A stretch of DNA of 61,257 nt, the filler included, from Sphacelaria rigidula (Eukaryota): the NCBI GenBank assembly GCA_964200075.2. It is 6 parts of 6 records of this genome, joined end to end, with 100 filler letters (N's around TTAATTAATTAA, not from the genome) between each part and the next. Parts side by side here need not be neighbours in the genome. Positions count along the whole stretch, not along the records: positions 40,908 to 51,032 come from CAXNAA020007083.1; positions 51,133 to 61,257 come from CAXNAA020007084.1; 4 more parts are not named here. One strand, 5' to 3'. This document shows, piece by piece, positions 46,822 to 59,874 of the stretch. The notes below the pieces were generated by a model. That model made no database searches and was not told the origin of the DNA. It was given only the letters and a program-made list of their open reading frames with translations. The position numbers and the translations under genes were made by a program. Position 1 is the first letter of the stretch. Each line of letters begins with the position of its first letter.

Positions 46822-47314
46822 TAGGCTTTTGCTTCTTATGCGTGTTTTTTTGTTATGCGTGTTTTCCCATTTTATTTCAGGTTCAAAAGTTCGCATTATG
46901 CGCCGATTTATGCGTTCTATGGTGAAATGTGCGCGACTTATGCGCCTCTTTCGAATCCTTCTTGAGGGGGTTCCTGGCGGGTTCGTCTGTTTGATGAGAA
47001 ATATGAACATAAAGTAGCTCAGATACAACACCATAACCGATATCAGACCCCCAACGAAGTTCAAAGAAAGAAATTACGAACAAAAACGCCACTACTCAAA
47101 GAACCACGCCACATGGAGCACCCGTGGGCAACTACTAGCTGCTGGACATGGGGTACATAATCCCGTTGGGTTATATATGCGCCAAGTTATGCGTAAAACT
47201 CAGGTTTTTTGCCTTTGTTCTGCTGAAATCTCCATAAACATATGTTCGCATATGCTTATGCGCAAATCCCCGTTTTATGCGAAATTATATGCGCGAATAA
47301 GAAGCAAAAGCCTA
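46822..47314. mobile_element. hAT-type MITE inserted in Gypsy pol
   Basis: TIR TAGGCTTTTGCTTCTTAT. 8-bp TSD CAGCTCGC/CAGCACGC. Removing the element plus one TSD restores the frame RSRAVAVQNGVE. Confidence 0.85.
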
Positions 47315-48029
47315 CAGCACGCGAGCGTAACGTGTCCAACGCCAGCGGATACAAATCGATCCTAAGCTCCTCCACCGTCGACATCCCAAACAGAATCACG
47401 TTATCCCTGCCGGACATGACAGCGAAAGTGATAGGCTGCAACTCCACAGCCTCCTACGGCGTGCGCACGCTAAGAGCAATCGGCACCGTTTTGTGTGTAA
47501 CCTTCACGGGAGTACCCGCGGCGGTCTGCGCCATTAGCGGTCCATTTTGGAACGGAAGCTGCAGCTGAGCGCCGCCAAACTGCAAAGGCATTTGTTCCAG
47601 CAACCCCACATCGATCGACGTGAGCACGCACCCAGAATCCACAATAACGCGGGCCATGGACGAAGCTACGGAACCTGGCAAGGAAAGATCTGCGCATAAA
47701 CACCTCTGCAATGCGATTGACAGGCATCACACCTGCCGAAGAACCCTGGTCGGCACCAACAGTCATCTGACGCCAGGGCTGCGCTCCAGCACTTGGCATC
47801 GAAATTGAGAATCGGCGGTCCACCCAGACCACGTCGCCGAATATGCAGACGGCGCCGTTACAGCTGGCGCAGCAGTATGAGATGCACCAGACACGAATCT
47901 TACCCGGCCGAGGGGTTGCGAACTATCCGCTCCAGCACTCCCCACCGCAGTATTGGAACCTCCCACGTACACTGCCCGCTCCGACACGGACGAACCAGAA
48001 GATACAGAGTCACCACCTGATAAATTGGT

Positions 48030-48509
48030 TAGGCTTTTGCTTCTTATGCCCGCATGTAATTTCGCATAAAACGGGGATTTGCGCATAAGCATATGCGAAC
48101 ATATGTTTGTGGAGATTTCAGCATAACAAAGGCAAAAAACCCAAGTTTTACGCATAACTTGGCGCATATATACCCCAATGGGAATATGTACCCCATGTCC
48201 AGCAGCTAGTAGTTGCCCACGGGTGCTCCATGTGGCGTGGTTCTTTGAGTAGTGGCGTTTTTGTTCGTAATTTCTTTCTTTGAACTTCGTTGCGGGTATG
48301 TCAAACTGATGAAAAAAAGTAATTGTGTCATATTTCTCATCAAACAGAGGAACCCGCCAGGAACCCCCTCAAGAAGGATTCGAAAGAGGCGCATAAGTCG
48401 CGCGCATTTCACCATAGAACGCATAAATCGGCGCATAATGCGAACTTTTGAACATGAAGAAAATGGGAGAACGCGCATAAAAAAAAAACGCATAAGAAGC
48501 AAAAGCCTA
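48030..48509. mobile_element. Second copy of the same hAT-type MITE, opposite orientation
   Basis: Same TIRs. Interior is the reverse complement of 46822-47314. Removing the element plus 8 bp restores VVSSTTSSGGDSV, although the TSD copies match only 4/8. Confidence 0.82.
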
Positions 48510-49663
48510 GAGGTAGTGGAAGAAACGACAGCGAAGGAACCAACATCCGCCGCCGATAGCTCGCTACCGCGGCCGCCGAGCCCGCCTCCATGGTTGGCAC
48601 GGCCCCGTCCACCGTGGCGACCACCGCGAGATCTTGATGAATCTCGCGCATCTCCTTGAGCAGGGCCTTGAGCGCGAGGCTTCGGGCAATCCTTTATCAG
48701 GTGTCCGTTGTCGCCGCAGTTGTAACCTGAGCGAGTGGACAACGCTCGCGAAGACGGCTGCTGTTTCTGTTTCTGTTGTTTTTGGCGCGCACCACCGGCA
48801 CTTGACGCAGAGTCGCGCCGGCCATGCGCCTCAAGAAACTTCCAGCGGTCGGTGGCATCAAATATATTGTCCAACACCACGGTCGGGTTTTTTTCCCAGC
48901 CGTCTAGATATATGAGTACGCTTCTGACATACGCCTTGAATTCTGTAGACGAAATCCCGCCCACCAAAGCTGTGGAACTCGGCCGGGCCTGGCAACCTTC
49001 TCCTGTCCTCCGCGCAGTACATGGCTTGCACCGTAAGATTTTCAGCGAAAAACGTTTCCATCGATGAGTTAACCATCATCGCTCTATCCTGACGGATGTT
49101 CCACTGCTTTGCTGCATTGTGAGCACTCTACGCAGGTCTGCTGCAGCCCGCGCAGTATCATGTTTGCCACCGGATGTGGTGTACCCGGCATGCTGCTTCA
49201 CAGCATCTAGGAATTCGGCGGGGGTCATAGCACGGCGGTCCTTATACATGCCTTCAAAGCACCGATGGATGGATGTAGGGATGAGTTGTCCAATGCTCAC
49301 CCCCGCATGCCTTACGACTTCTTGCTCATTTTACAAAGTACGAACGCTCTTGGTAATAGAGAAAAGCGGCGTAAACCTCGCGTGATGCTTCCTCGGTCCA
49401 CACCTCGCTGTACTTTGGCGGGTTCTAGCGGCTCAATAAACACCAGAGGCGCTGCCGCCGCTTGAGCCATGTCGTCCACGAATCGAACACTTCACGGAGA
49501 GACTCTTGCCTGACTTGTGCGTCCTCCAGCCCACGGAGCGTCCTCCCCCGTTTTGCGCTTCAAGCTGGTCTCCTTTCGTCTGCGGGCCAAACTGCTTCCA
49601 GCTGCGGGCTTTTTTCCTGAGCCAAACTCCTCCAACAGAGTGCCGGGAATAATATCTAGATAT

Positions 49664-49920
49664 TGTGGCCTCTGCCAGACGATCGGGACAAGATAATTTT
49701 CAACGAGAGACTCCTCCAGTATCACTGGCCTCGTGCTCGACAAAACCTTTCTTCTCACTTCTTATTATCTCGGAGTGACCCTCAAACGATTACGAGCCAG
49801 ACAGCAAGGGGCCACACAGAAGAGGGGCATCAATCCAGTATCCCCGGTCCCCTGCCATTGCTCCAATCATGCATGCAATTATACAGAAACCTTACGGCTT
49901 GGTATCATCTGCCTACAGCA
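49664..49920 (-). repeat. 5' LTR of the Gypsy element
   Basis: TG...CA bounded direct repeat, upstream of gag on the minus strand. Confidence 0.75.
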
Positions 49921-50074
49921 CCGTGTTCCGAGGATGATCTGTTTGTTGTACCAAAATCTACCGACGCTGGCAATTTCGAGTTCTATCGAAAAGTATTTCG
50001 CGAGGAAAACCCCGAAACACGCCAAAGCAGTTAGAGCGCCCAGTACTATAGTTTTATTTGTATATATGTATCTA

Positions 50075-50470
50075 TATTTTTTGCCGCACTTTAAATCCTT
50101 CTCCTTCATCGGGACGAGTCCGTGGTCACAAGGGATCGACCCCGCTCTCCCCGGGACACGCCTTGCATTTTGGTCTCGCAATGTAGATATATTACTTGTC
50201 GCACCTTGAAACCTCTTCCCTTCATCAGGGCGGGTCCGTGGTCACAAGGGATTGAGCCATCTCTCCCCGGTACCCGCCTTGAATTTTGGTCTCGGGGAAT
50301 GGGTCAGCACTCCCGCACCGTGTCAACTCTCGTCAAACCAACTCAGTCAAAAACTGTTTTCTGTTTTCTCACGTACTAACGCTGTCGACTGTGGAAGTCA
50401 GATGCTTCGAAGATGAAACTCAACGAATCGGGATTCGAATACACGCGACCACTTGGCTACCCTCGAAAAC
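50075..50470 (-). mobile_element. SINE family B with duplicated 3' module
   Basis: Reverse-complement match to 19205-19510. GTCCGTGGTCACAAGGGAT..TTTTGGTCTCG occurs twice (50083-50180 and 50197-50295). Confidence 0.7.
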
Positions 50471-50802
50471 CGGCTGGTGGATTTTCCAAACGTCTCGCTG
50501 CTTGCCGTCCGCTTTGAAACTCCCCACCAGAGGATAATGGGCATTCGCAGTCCTCCAGAGGATTTTCAATGGTCTCGAGGATCTGTGATAATATCAAAAT
50601 CCTCTGGATAGCTGCTGACAGCACTCGCGCTATGGAAATCCGAGAATTTGAACATCCTCTGCTGTAAGAAATATATCCGTGGTGCCTAATTTCAATTTTG
50701 GCAAAATGGACAACGAATTTATTTTAAACAGCAGAGGCTGTGCGAATGTCCCATATACCAGGGTATGAGATCATTTTGCCCGCCAATTTATCCTGAAAAT
50801 AT

Positions 50803-51032
50803 GGCCGGATGTTATGGCAAACAGATTTTTGACCCACGGATTGTTCACCTTGGGGACATTTGATTACCCTTTTGACCCCTAAACAGAGAAAATCGCCAAT
50901 ACACGTCTTGGAAACTTTGTATCACTCCACAGGGAGGAGCCTAGCCCACTTTTCAGATTCGCTTGGCTCCGAGGTTTCGAAGTTGGCCGCTGAACAAAAA
51001 TTCGTGTGCGAAAATCCGTGCTTGCCGACCCC
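50803..51032. mobile_element. Half copy of the 221-654 foldback MITE, cut at the contig end
   Basis: Starts GGCCGGATGTTATGGCAAACAGATTTTTG and is colinear with 222-430. Confidence 0.8.
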
Positions 51033-53131
51033 NNNNNNNNNNNNNNNNNNNNNNNNNNNNNNNNNNNNNNNNNNNNTTAATTAATTAANNNNNNNNNNNN
51101 NNNNNNNNNNNNNNNNNNNNNNNNNNNNNNNNTGTTGCTTGCCTTAGTCATTTGACCATTGATCACGCATCCCTTTCGAGACGGAGTGGGGGGGGGGGGG
51201 GCTTCGCTCGGTTTTTGCGATTTGTACACATAGGCAAGAACGTGCCTCGTAGTCGTGCCTACTCTACCATATAACCTAGGTTGTTGCATTTCGGTGAGGC
51301 ACAACTGAGAATCGCAAAAGGTTCGATCCAGTAAACCAGTTTTTATGGCGACATTTCCGCCTGAATTTCCCCCTATCTGCACGGAGATCAGGGGAAAGTT
51401 GTGCAACCTTCAAAGTGCACGAAAGTGCACGTGCGTAAAGAGACATTTTACACTGAGAGAACACGATGCGTTTGATATTTTCGAGGCTGCAGCAGCTCAA
51501 AGTCTCGTGTGACAGCAAATACCATTTGTGCGCTTGCCAGCTTCGTTGCAAAGGTGATTCGTAACTTGCGCGAAGTTTGAAAAAATCAAGACAATTAAAC
51601 AAGTGGGCAACGTATTGCTACAATGCCCATGCATGTGCCATGTGCGGTACTGCACTTGTGGTACTTTACTGCAATCGCACTATATTCACAGTCAGTGCTG
51701 CACTGTATTACTGCAACGCACTACGACAGGGTGCAGTACTGATAGTGAGGAGGGTGTGAGCCAGACCCCACTTCAGAAAATGACCCTCAACGTAAAAAAA
51801 AGTCAAACAAACATGTACAGCCACAATAGGGCCCTGCAGATCCGCCTTTCACAACTATGACTATTCCGTATTTGAAAAATGTCTGTGCTAGTGTAGATAG
51901 AGGATTTGTCAGCATTAAAACTTGTCCTAGCGCCCACCCAGCACGCTAGGGGTCACCTATGCCTCCAGTGGTCATCCTCCAAAACCTGGCGGGCTGTCAG
52001 ATCGGATGTGAAAAAGACGTCGGCTAAGGGCGTCAACAGGGATACATCAAGGTCGGGTATGATCGAGGCAGGTAAAATCTGTTAGCAACATCTGTTTGCT
52101 AACAGATTTGTACCAACAGCGACCGCTTTCGGTCTAGTCGAGGAACCGTTTTTCTGTCCGGATGCAAGCCACATCTGCGCTGAGGGTAAAAATGCAGCGC
52201 TCTGGCAGTGGCCGTTGGTCCAACATCTTTGTGCTGGTACAGGAAAATACGCGACAACACGCAGAGCCCCGGAAAAACACGCACAAACGCCCACCGCCCA
52301 CGCGCGTTAGCTCCATTGCTAGTCCTTGCTCATCAGCAACGCAGTAGTCTTTGTCTGACGGAAGTCCGTTCAGTATTGGAGCAAGGACGGCTGCCGTATC
52401 TCCTCAGTTCGGAGGGTTGTAGGACTCCCAGTTGCACGAGTTGTGTTGGGCTGTGTGTTACATCTTTGCATGTGCCCTACGTTTATGTTCTCCTTCGAAC
52501 AAACAGATTGCCGGTTCGTGCAAACAGATGAGAGAAACACCGGGATCGTTCAAGATCTGTTTGAACACTCAGACTTTTTTTGCAGCCTTCCTTGGGGGTG
52601 GTATTTTTCACCGACTTTTCGACTCATCGCAGGTCAACAGATTTGAGCAAACATACTTTTTTACCTCGACAAGACACGCCGTAAGAGTCTACTCATCCAC
52701 ACATCCTCCTCCAATTCCTGACAAGAATTACAAAAAGGGCGACTGTTGCAACAGTCAGTGTAACCTGTACTATTTAACCGATCCACAAGAGTACAGTACA
52801 GCATAAGAGCAGCACTGCAGTTGGAGTGCTATAAACTGTTCCGATAAGCTTCAGCAATCCAGACATCGAACACAAAAAAACATGCCAATAGGACGGACTT
52901 TAGTACACAGCAGAACACCACGTTCTCTTCGCCACAATACTACAAGTGCGTCCTTCCGTATGGTATACTGTCTATCTTGTACAGTGTCGCGAACTCGCCT
53001 CACGCTGTCGCTAGTAGGTAGTGAGCTAGATGAACTCAACCGTGCAACGCCCACCAGGTGCGGCAACGAGCAGCGACTCGAGTAGGACAGGCGTTTTCTC
53101 AGCGAATACTCACACACAATCGAACACCTAC

Positions 53132-53266
53132 CCCCATGTCATCATCTCCGTCGCCCCCAGTTCCTGCCGCCTGCTCTCCGCTCGCCCCTTCTTGTTGTTG
53201 CTCGTCATCGGAGCTCTCACCCAGCTCGTCCAAGTCATCCAAGAAGCTGTCCGCTAACGTCGCCAT
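53132..53266 (-). CDS. PRP31: First coding exon of U4/U6 snRNP protein Prp31
   Basis: MATLADSFLDDLDELGESSDDE matches the characteristic Prp31 N-terminus (MATLxDSFLxDLDEL). AAGATGG start context, GGG|GTAGGT donor. No further exons recognised before the contig end at 51133. Confidence 0.75.
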
Positions 53267-53639
53267 CTTCCTTCTCTTCTTGCTCAACCGCTGCTACTCG
53301 CTGGATGTACACCACCACGCGTGGTGCCGTCACGATGTTGAGTAAAATTTCTCAGTCAAGACTTTGAGCGATGTCTACTACGTGTAGCAGCGAGATGCGA
53401 TAGCAACTGCCAGCTACGCTAATACTGTAGTTCTAGCTTGCAAGCTGACAGTCGATCACTGATAGATCGTGATGAACAGGGGCGCTACCAGGCATTCCCG
53501 GACATACCATAGTCATGTTCCAGTCATATGTATATATCTTCAGTTATTTTCCAATCACCACCGTCCAATACTGAAGGTCATGAGTTCAGAGGTCATGAGG
53601 TACAGTAGTGTGAGTAGGAGCTCTATACTCTAGTATTCG

Positions 53640-56500
53640 GGGAGGGACTATGCAGGACGAAGTGTTCCTAACCACCTGTGGACGTGATGAGCTGAAATAT
53701 AACGGTCACCTGCTCTTAAATTTCGTAGCCAACAACAAACTAGCCATCACGATTACCTCCTCAGCACGCGTAATAGGCGTAATATCACACGCGTACAACG
53801 GACGGTGTCGCAGGGAACCGCGGGAGTGAATTCAGGCGTATATACTACATGAATACACTGTAATCACCCGGCAGGCACACCGAGGTAGGGTGCGCAACGT
53901 AGTCGTGCATCCTCAACCGGCACTTCCGGCAAAAACTGACTTGGATCACAACATGGTGGTGGCCACCGTCGACCTCGGTGGCCGCCTCGCCCACAACCGT
54001 ACCGTGCGAACCAAATCGCAGCTACGGCAATTCAGTAGACAGCAGCTGCAGATCGNNNNNNNNNNGAATAGCACAGCAGCATGTGATCGAGAGGTTCCTA
54101 CACAACCTCGGGGAGAGAGCGTACCAGCCACCCACCACCACACCGGCGGCCGCGAATGAGTTCTCCGAAGCTATCCCCGACGCAGCACGGACAGTACTCC
54201 CGGTAGAGACGACGTATTATGCCGGAATGGTGCGAAAGTCGCGACACGAGAGCAACAGTAGAGGCAGCGCTTGCCCACCGACGGGAGGCACACGCCGACT
54301 GATGAAGGACAACCGGACCCCAGCAACGTGAAAATCACTCTGAGCCATGTGTAAAGGAGTAAGTACTGCGATAGACGACAGCGTCCATGCACAACACCTG
54401 GAGAGGTATGTGGCGAGGCTCGGAGCGATCTACTACAAGAATCGCGACATGCGAGGCCTGTGCAAACACGTGAAGAGGTCGGTGGGTCTTGGCGGGAGGC
54501 AATCAGGGGGCAGCAGTTCATCAAGGACGGGAACGGGTTCTGCTGAGGAACAAAATCGAGATCCTGAAGCGAGAGGCGATGTTTCCGAACCCTGCTCAAC
54601 ACCAAGTTGCCCACGCTGAACCCGGTCATCACCGAGGACGTGAAGCAGCGACCGACAGCACTACCCACCGGAGATTCGGTACCGCTTGGGTCAGCGCCAA
54701 CGCTGGAGGAGACCATGCGAGCAATTCGGGGGATGCAAAACTGGAAAGCGCCGGCACACGATTCCCTCCCTGTAGAACTACTCGACGGTCGCGCCGAGCC
54801 TATCGTTATCGAACGTTTCCATGCTATCCTCGTCGAAGTGTGGAACGGAGATGAGGTCCCGCAGGAGTGGAAAGACGCTACGATTAAAGTGCTCTACGAG
54901 ACTTCGGACCGCCCCAGCTGTAACAACTACCGGGGAATCTCACTGCTTTCGACGCAGGGAAAGTGCTTTTGAAGATAGTGGCCAACCGCCTCAGCGACTA
55001 CTGCGAAGCCCACGGGAAACTGCCGGAGGAACAGTGCGGCTGCCGACTTGATCGATCCACCGTCAACATGTTATTTTTAGTACGCCGACTCCAGGAACTG
55101 GGATATCGACGGAGAATACCACTATTCATGTCCTTCGTCGACCTCCAAGAGGCCTATAATTAGGTCAACCGAGAGCTTCTATGGGAGGTGCTTGCCCGAG
55201 CTGGTATCCTGGATCAGATGATAGCAGTCATTCGCCCATTCCGCGATGGCATGCAGTCCCGAGTGCGCATGGACGACGGCGAGCTCTCGGAGTGGTTCGA
55301 GGTCACTCAGGGACTACGGCAAGGGTGTGTGCTGTCTCCGCTGCTGTTCAATATATATTTGCTACAGCGCTCGAGACAGTTCTCGTGCGATTCCACGAGG
55401 ACGGCATCATCCTCCAGGACACGGTAAGCCTCGAAGAAGAGACGGTGAGGAGGACGGAACACCTCAGGAACGCGTAGGGAGAGCGGTAAGGGGGAGGCTA
55501 TATGCCGATGACGCGGCCGTCGTCTCGAGGTCCCCCGATAGCCTGGCGAAGATGACGACCGTTATAGTACGCGTGTTTGGGGCCTTCGGACTGAAGGTGT
55601 CAGAGTAGAAAATAGAGACTCTTTTGGTGCGAGTACCGAAAAAATCGCCACAGAAGGGAGAGCCAACAACACCACTTCCCCCGCCACTGGTCATCGAAGC
55701 GGCGGACTGAAAGTACGCCCGAACCACGAAGCTTCGATACTTGTGTGGGCTCGTCACCGAAGGACCGAAGGTGGCGCTCGAACAAGAGATCTACAACCGG
55801 AGCAGAGCCGCATGGGCGTGCACCAGAAAGTTTTCCCGGGAGCTCTTTGACTGACCGAAAGCACCATGGAGACTCAAGGTCCGACTGCTGAAGACGGAGG
55901 TGATGAAGGCCCTACTGTACGGATGCATGCGTGGGTCCCGCGCCGCGAGCACTACCGGTCGCTGAGGACGGTACACTACCGGCTTCTCCTGCGAGTCATT
56001 GGGTACCGCCGCGTGCGTGGCACATACCGACAGTTATCGTACGCCCAGGCCCTCAAGAAGACCAGATGCCAAAGTGCTGAAGCCATCGCCCGGCAACGGC
56101 GACTGTTGTTCGCGGGAGCCCTGGCTAGACAACCAGACGAACGACTACCTAAGAGGCTGACATGCGGAACACTTCTTGGGGGGGAGGATCCAGGACCACG
56201 TTGCCCGGAGCAAAACTGGTTGAAGTGCCTGAGGGACGGTTTTTAAGCTTTCGCAGCCACGAACGGCTCCACGGACGACAACCGACAGACGTTCGCAGTT
56301 GAAAGTGCCCGCTGGCCCTCAGCAGAAGGAGGAACAGGGGATACCGTGGCACGCGGGCATGCTGCAGGAAGCGGAGAGGTTTACGACCTCTTAGCACAAG
56401 AATGGGGAGAGAGCCAGGCGAATACGTGCGCATAAACGGGATCTTCGAGGAGAGCAGGGAGGAGTGGAATAATACGTAGCCAGCTTGTACCGGGCTGAAC
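53640..56500 (+). mobile_element. 5'-truncated, decayed non-LTR retrotransposon (RTE-like; AP endonuclease C-terminus plus RT)
   Basis: [98 protein letters not shown]. Several frameshifts and stops. Confidence 0.9.
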
Positions 56501-57104
56501 ATGGTGGAAGTGACAGAACTCCCCAAGATCTCCCCTCGTCTTCTTTTCCCCTACTAATTGCTGACTTTCAAGCACCCCTCCCCTGAGATGGTGTGTTGTT
56601 ATGTATTGCTTTTCCTGTTATCCCCAGTATATTCGTACACATGGCTGTCCTTCTAGAGGTACAAGGGTAAAAACCTGCGATTTTTATCGCTATGGTCGGT
56701 GATCTTGGTCCCTGAGTTTGGCTCCATTCCTGTTTGGCTTCGCGTGTTGAGTGGAACAATGGGCCCTGCCTCCAGTGGCCCGAGTGGTCGCATACGGCAT
56801 CGGAACTTACGAGGTTAGCAGTATGTTTTTTTTTTCTATTTTTTTTCAAGTATTGTTTTGATTTCATTCGTTTGCTTTTTATATCTTTCGTATCACGTCC
56901 ATGTGAATTCCTCTGGCGGAGGCGACCAAGCACTCTACACACGGAATATCAGACAGCTAACGTAAACATATACGGTATTTTTCTTGCGTGTGCGACCCCG
57001 TGTGCTAGAGCACTGCCCCCTTTTGAAGGCATACCGTAAGCTTGCTTCATGATTACTTGGTGCTTGTGAAAGTATCGTGAAAATACTGTCCTGGGTTTTA
57101 GCAA

Positions 57105-57425
57105 GCTGTTTTTTTTTAATTATTATCATTTGTCGCACTTTGAACCCCTCCCCTTCCTGGGGATGAGCCCGTCGTCTCATGCGATCAACCCATCTCTCCC
57201 CTGGTTCACGCCTCGCATCTAGGTCTCGCGGATTGATCAGCACTCCCGCACTGCGTCAACTCATGTCAAACAAACTTCGTCGATCACTTTGTTTACTCAC
57301 GTTCTCACGCTGTCCACGGTGGGAATCAGACATAACGGAGAGGAAACCCAACGCGTCGGGAATCGGACCCTCGTTCTCTCCACCCTAATGGCGACAGTCG
57401 GGCCATTACACCACCGAACGACACC
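57105..57425 (-). mobile_element. tRNA-derived SINE (family B)
   Basis: Minus strand reads TGGTGTAATGG (A box) ... GGTCCGATTCCC (B box). Body matches the 19205 copy. A-rich tail. Confidence 0.78.
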
Positions 57426-57714
57426 CGGGAAATACCCTTGTGGCGTGAAATGAACACCAGACCGGTCTCGTACAACCCCCCCGCCCCAAACAGTTCAATC
57501 TTGTTGATCGCTCTGTGGCACATCAGGCTTGAGAAGCGCGCGTGTATGCACTAACACAAAAAACCCGACCTACGACAAGAAATCCGTTCACGGTTCGGAC
57601 GAAAAAAGTCGTAATTCGATTAATATTCAACATTTGGACGGATCAATCATACGATTCGTGCACAACTTGCGATTTGTACACGTTTTGGGGTCGTAATTAG
57701 TACGGCACCACTTT

Positions 57715-58125
57715 GAGTGTACACATTCCCAGTTCGTGATTCGTGCGGTACACCGTAAAAGGTACACGTTTCCTACCTTCCATTCGTACGGTGTGAATCA
57801 TAGGTGCACGTTTCCCAATTTCCATTCATTCAGCACGATTCATGGGCGCACGGTCCCCACCTTCCATTCATACGAGGTGAATCAAGCGTACATAATTCCC
57901 TATTTCCGTTCATGCAGCAGGAATCATACGTACATGTTCCTCCCCTTTCATTCATAGAAGGTGAATCAAGCGCACATGTTTCCCAATTTTCCATTCATTC
58001 AGCATGATTCACACCTACATGCTCCCTACCTTCTAGTCATGCAAAATGGCTCAAGTGTGTATATGTTTCCCACTTTTCGTTTATGCAGCGCGAATCATGC
58101 GCACATGTTCTCCACCATCTGCTCA
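57715..58125. repeat. Degenerate ~38-bp tandem repeat
   Basis: Recurring TTCCATTCAT..GTGAATCA..GYACATGTTTCCC units. Confidence 0.65.
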
Positions 58126-59874
58126 TATGATATATAACATGTGAGCATATATGTTGCTTCCCGCCTATCATATCATGGGGCGCGACTCTTCGATGACGCA
58201 GTCGTGTGCAGGTAGGGTAGGCAAATAAGAGCGTACAAGTCGCGAACCCCTCAAGAGCCAGTTCCGCAACACTGTAAACCTGATTTAACAGTCGATTCTG
58301 AATTTCGGGGTTGAACATTAAAACGGGGTTCAAGCAGCATATATTTTTGCAGGAATGGCGCGAAACAGTGACACCAACCCCCTCCCTCCAGAATCTGCAG
58401 CAGTTAAGCAGTTGTGGCTAGGTGCACCGAACGAATGCGGTGTACACGCGTGTCGATCACGATACCACCGCAGGAGTAATGGCAGAGAGGGAGCTCCTCC
58501 CCTGTATCCTTTCCGTGTCCTCGCTCGGCGATTCCCAATCGCTCGAGAGACTGGCATCATGCATAATACCAGCATGCACCCGATTTTCCATGAGCCGGTA
58601 GGCAGGTCATTGCTGCACAGCCCCCGAAAGAACATCGAGGTGCCAAGGTGTCGTCTCTTCTTGTCCGTGGAGCTCACCAACGCAAAGCTCGATTCCTTTC
58701 TACCTCTCTTTTAGGACAGGACGCGCCTCTGTGCGCCGCAAAGCACGTCGGTGAAAGACAGGGCGATGTCCCCGTCACCGCTACTGTTTTCTTTCACGCA
58801 CATGCCAGCAAGGGCGGCGCTGCAGCAATAACAGATCCAACCGCAACTTGGGGGTGTTATTCATAGTTGATTTTACCCGACATGTGTACCTGCAACCTGT
58901 GCGTGCGCGACCACAGGAGTCTACCACACGCCAGTTGGGGGAATGTATGAGAGATAAAATAATTGTGGAGACCTTGTCGTGCGGAGTGAAAAACTATAAC
59001 CATGGTGGCGACCTAACCGTTGCTGGCGTGGCGCATGGGGGTGCCTCCATGCTGCAACCTGGAGCACCCACCCACCCGATGCGTGTGTCGTGGTAGCTTT
59101 CGAGAGTTCCCATGTGAGGAGGTCATTCATTACAAGCTGGGGCGAGATATGTTTCACGAGGAACAAGAGTGCTCTATGATCAATCACTTGTCGTTGTATT
59201 TGAAACCCACGCCATCAACCGCCGACCGCAAAGCTCTTGTGGCTTTCAAGCACGCTGGCGGGACTACGCTAGACAAACCCGGCCATAGCTAGCTTTTGTT
59301 GCTCTACTGTCTGTACTGACTGTCGTCTATACAATCACCGTACTCGTAACAACACCAATATTGACGAGGGTTGTAAAAATTGAACAGTTCCATTTTTCCA
59401 ACCCATTCCACACAAAGTAAAGGACTCTCAAGAGCTGCGAGAACGTGGCCGCTTTTGGTTCGGGCAAACGTGCGAAGATACTGTCGAACAATAGTACCAA
59501 ACTATGCTGGCGTTGTCACAAAGAAATCAGTACAGGATCGAAGTGAAATGGAGAGGTTTATGTACTAAATAGAAAAGCATGCACCCGAAACGGTTTGCAG
59601 GTGGAAAAGCGCGGATTTTCATTAGGAAAAACTCTGTCGTCGTTTCTTTAATACCTGGCGGGGGGCGGGGAGGGAGTGGTGACTCTACCCTATCCATACT
59701 CGTCATGTATTTTGTATTCTCGATTTGCATGTAAGGTGATCAACCTTCACGCTATTACTTACTTATCTAGGTTTTGGTTTTATTCTTGTCTCACCTTTGT
59801 TATGATATGGGAGGAAGAATCTCGGTTATTTCCCATCTTGATATGGGAAAGTAGTTTTTTTTCGCGCTTTTTCA

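Larger units (their letters stand above)
43181..49920 (-). mobile_element. Decayed Ty3/Gypsy LTR retrotransposon with chromodomain
   Basis: Diverged direct LTRs at 43181-43439 and 49664-49920. Minus-strand order: gag zinc knuckle (YNCGDNGHLIKDC, ~48700), protease (IVDSG, ~47640), RT (LDLLQGYWQ, WVDD), RNase H (FPDAS), integrase (H..GH..CLHC, VSD.A.HF, YTPWSSG), GPW (~43895), chromodomain (VDWDGFGADERTWESL, ~43625-43672). Many stops and frameshifts. Confidence 0.92.

Noticed and set aside
46822-47314. Tc1/mariner assignment from an apparent TA TSD
   Set aside because: The TA belongs to the TIR; an 8-bp duplication explains the flanks and restores the host reading frame.
21057-53266. One giant minus-strand gene linking PRP31 exon 1 to the downstream minus-strand exons
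   Set aside because: The exons are on different concatenated contigs, and none resembles the Prp31 NOSIC/Nop domains.
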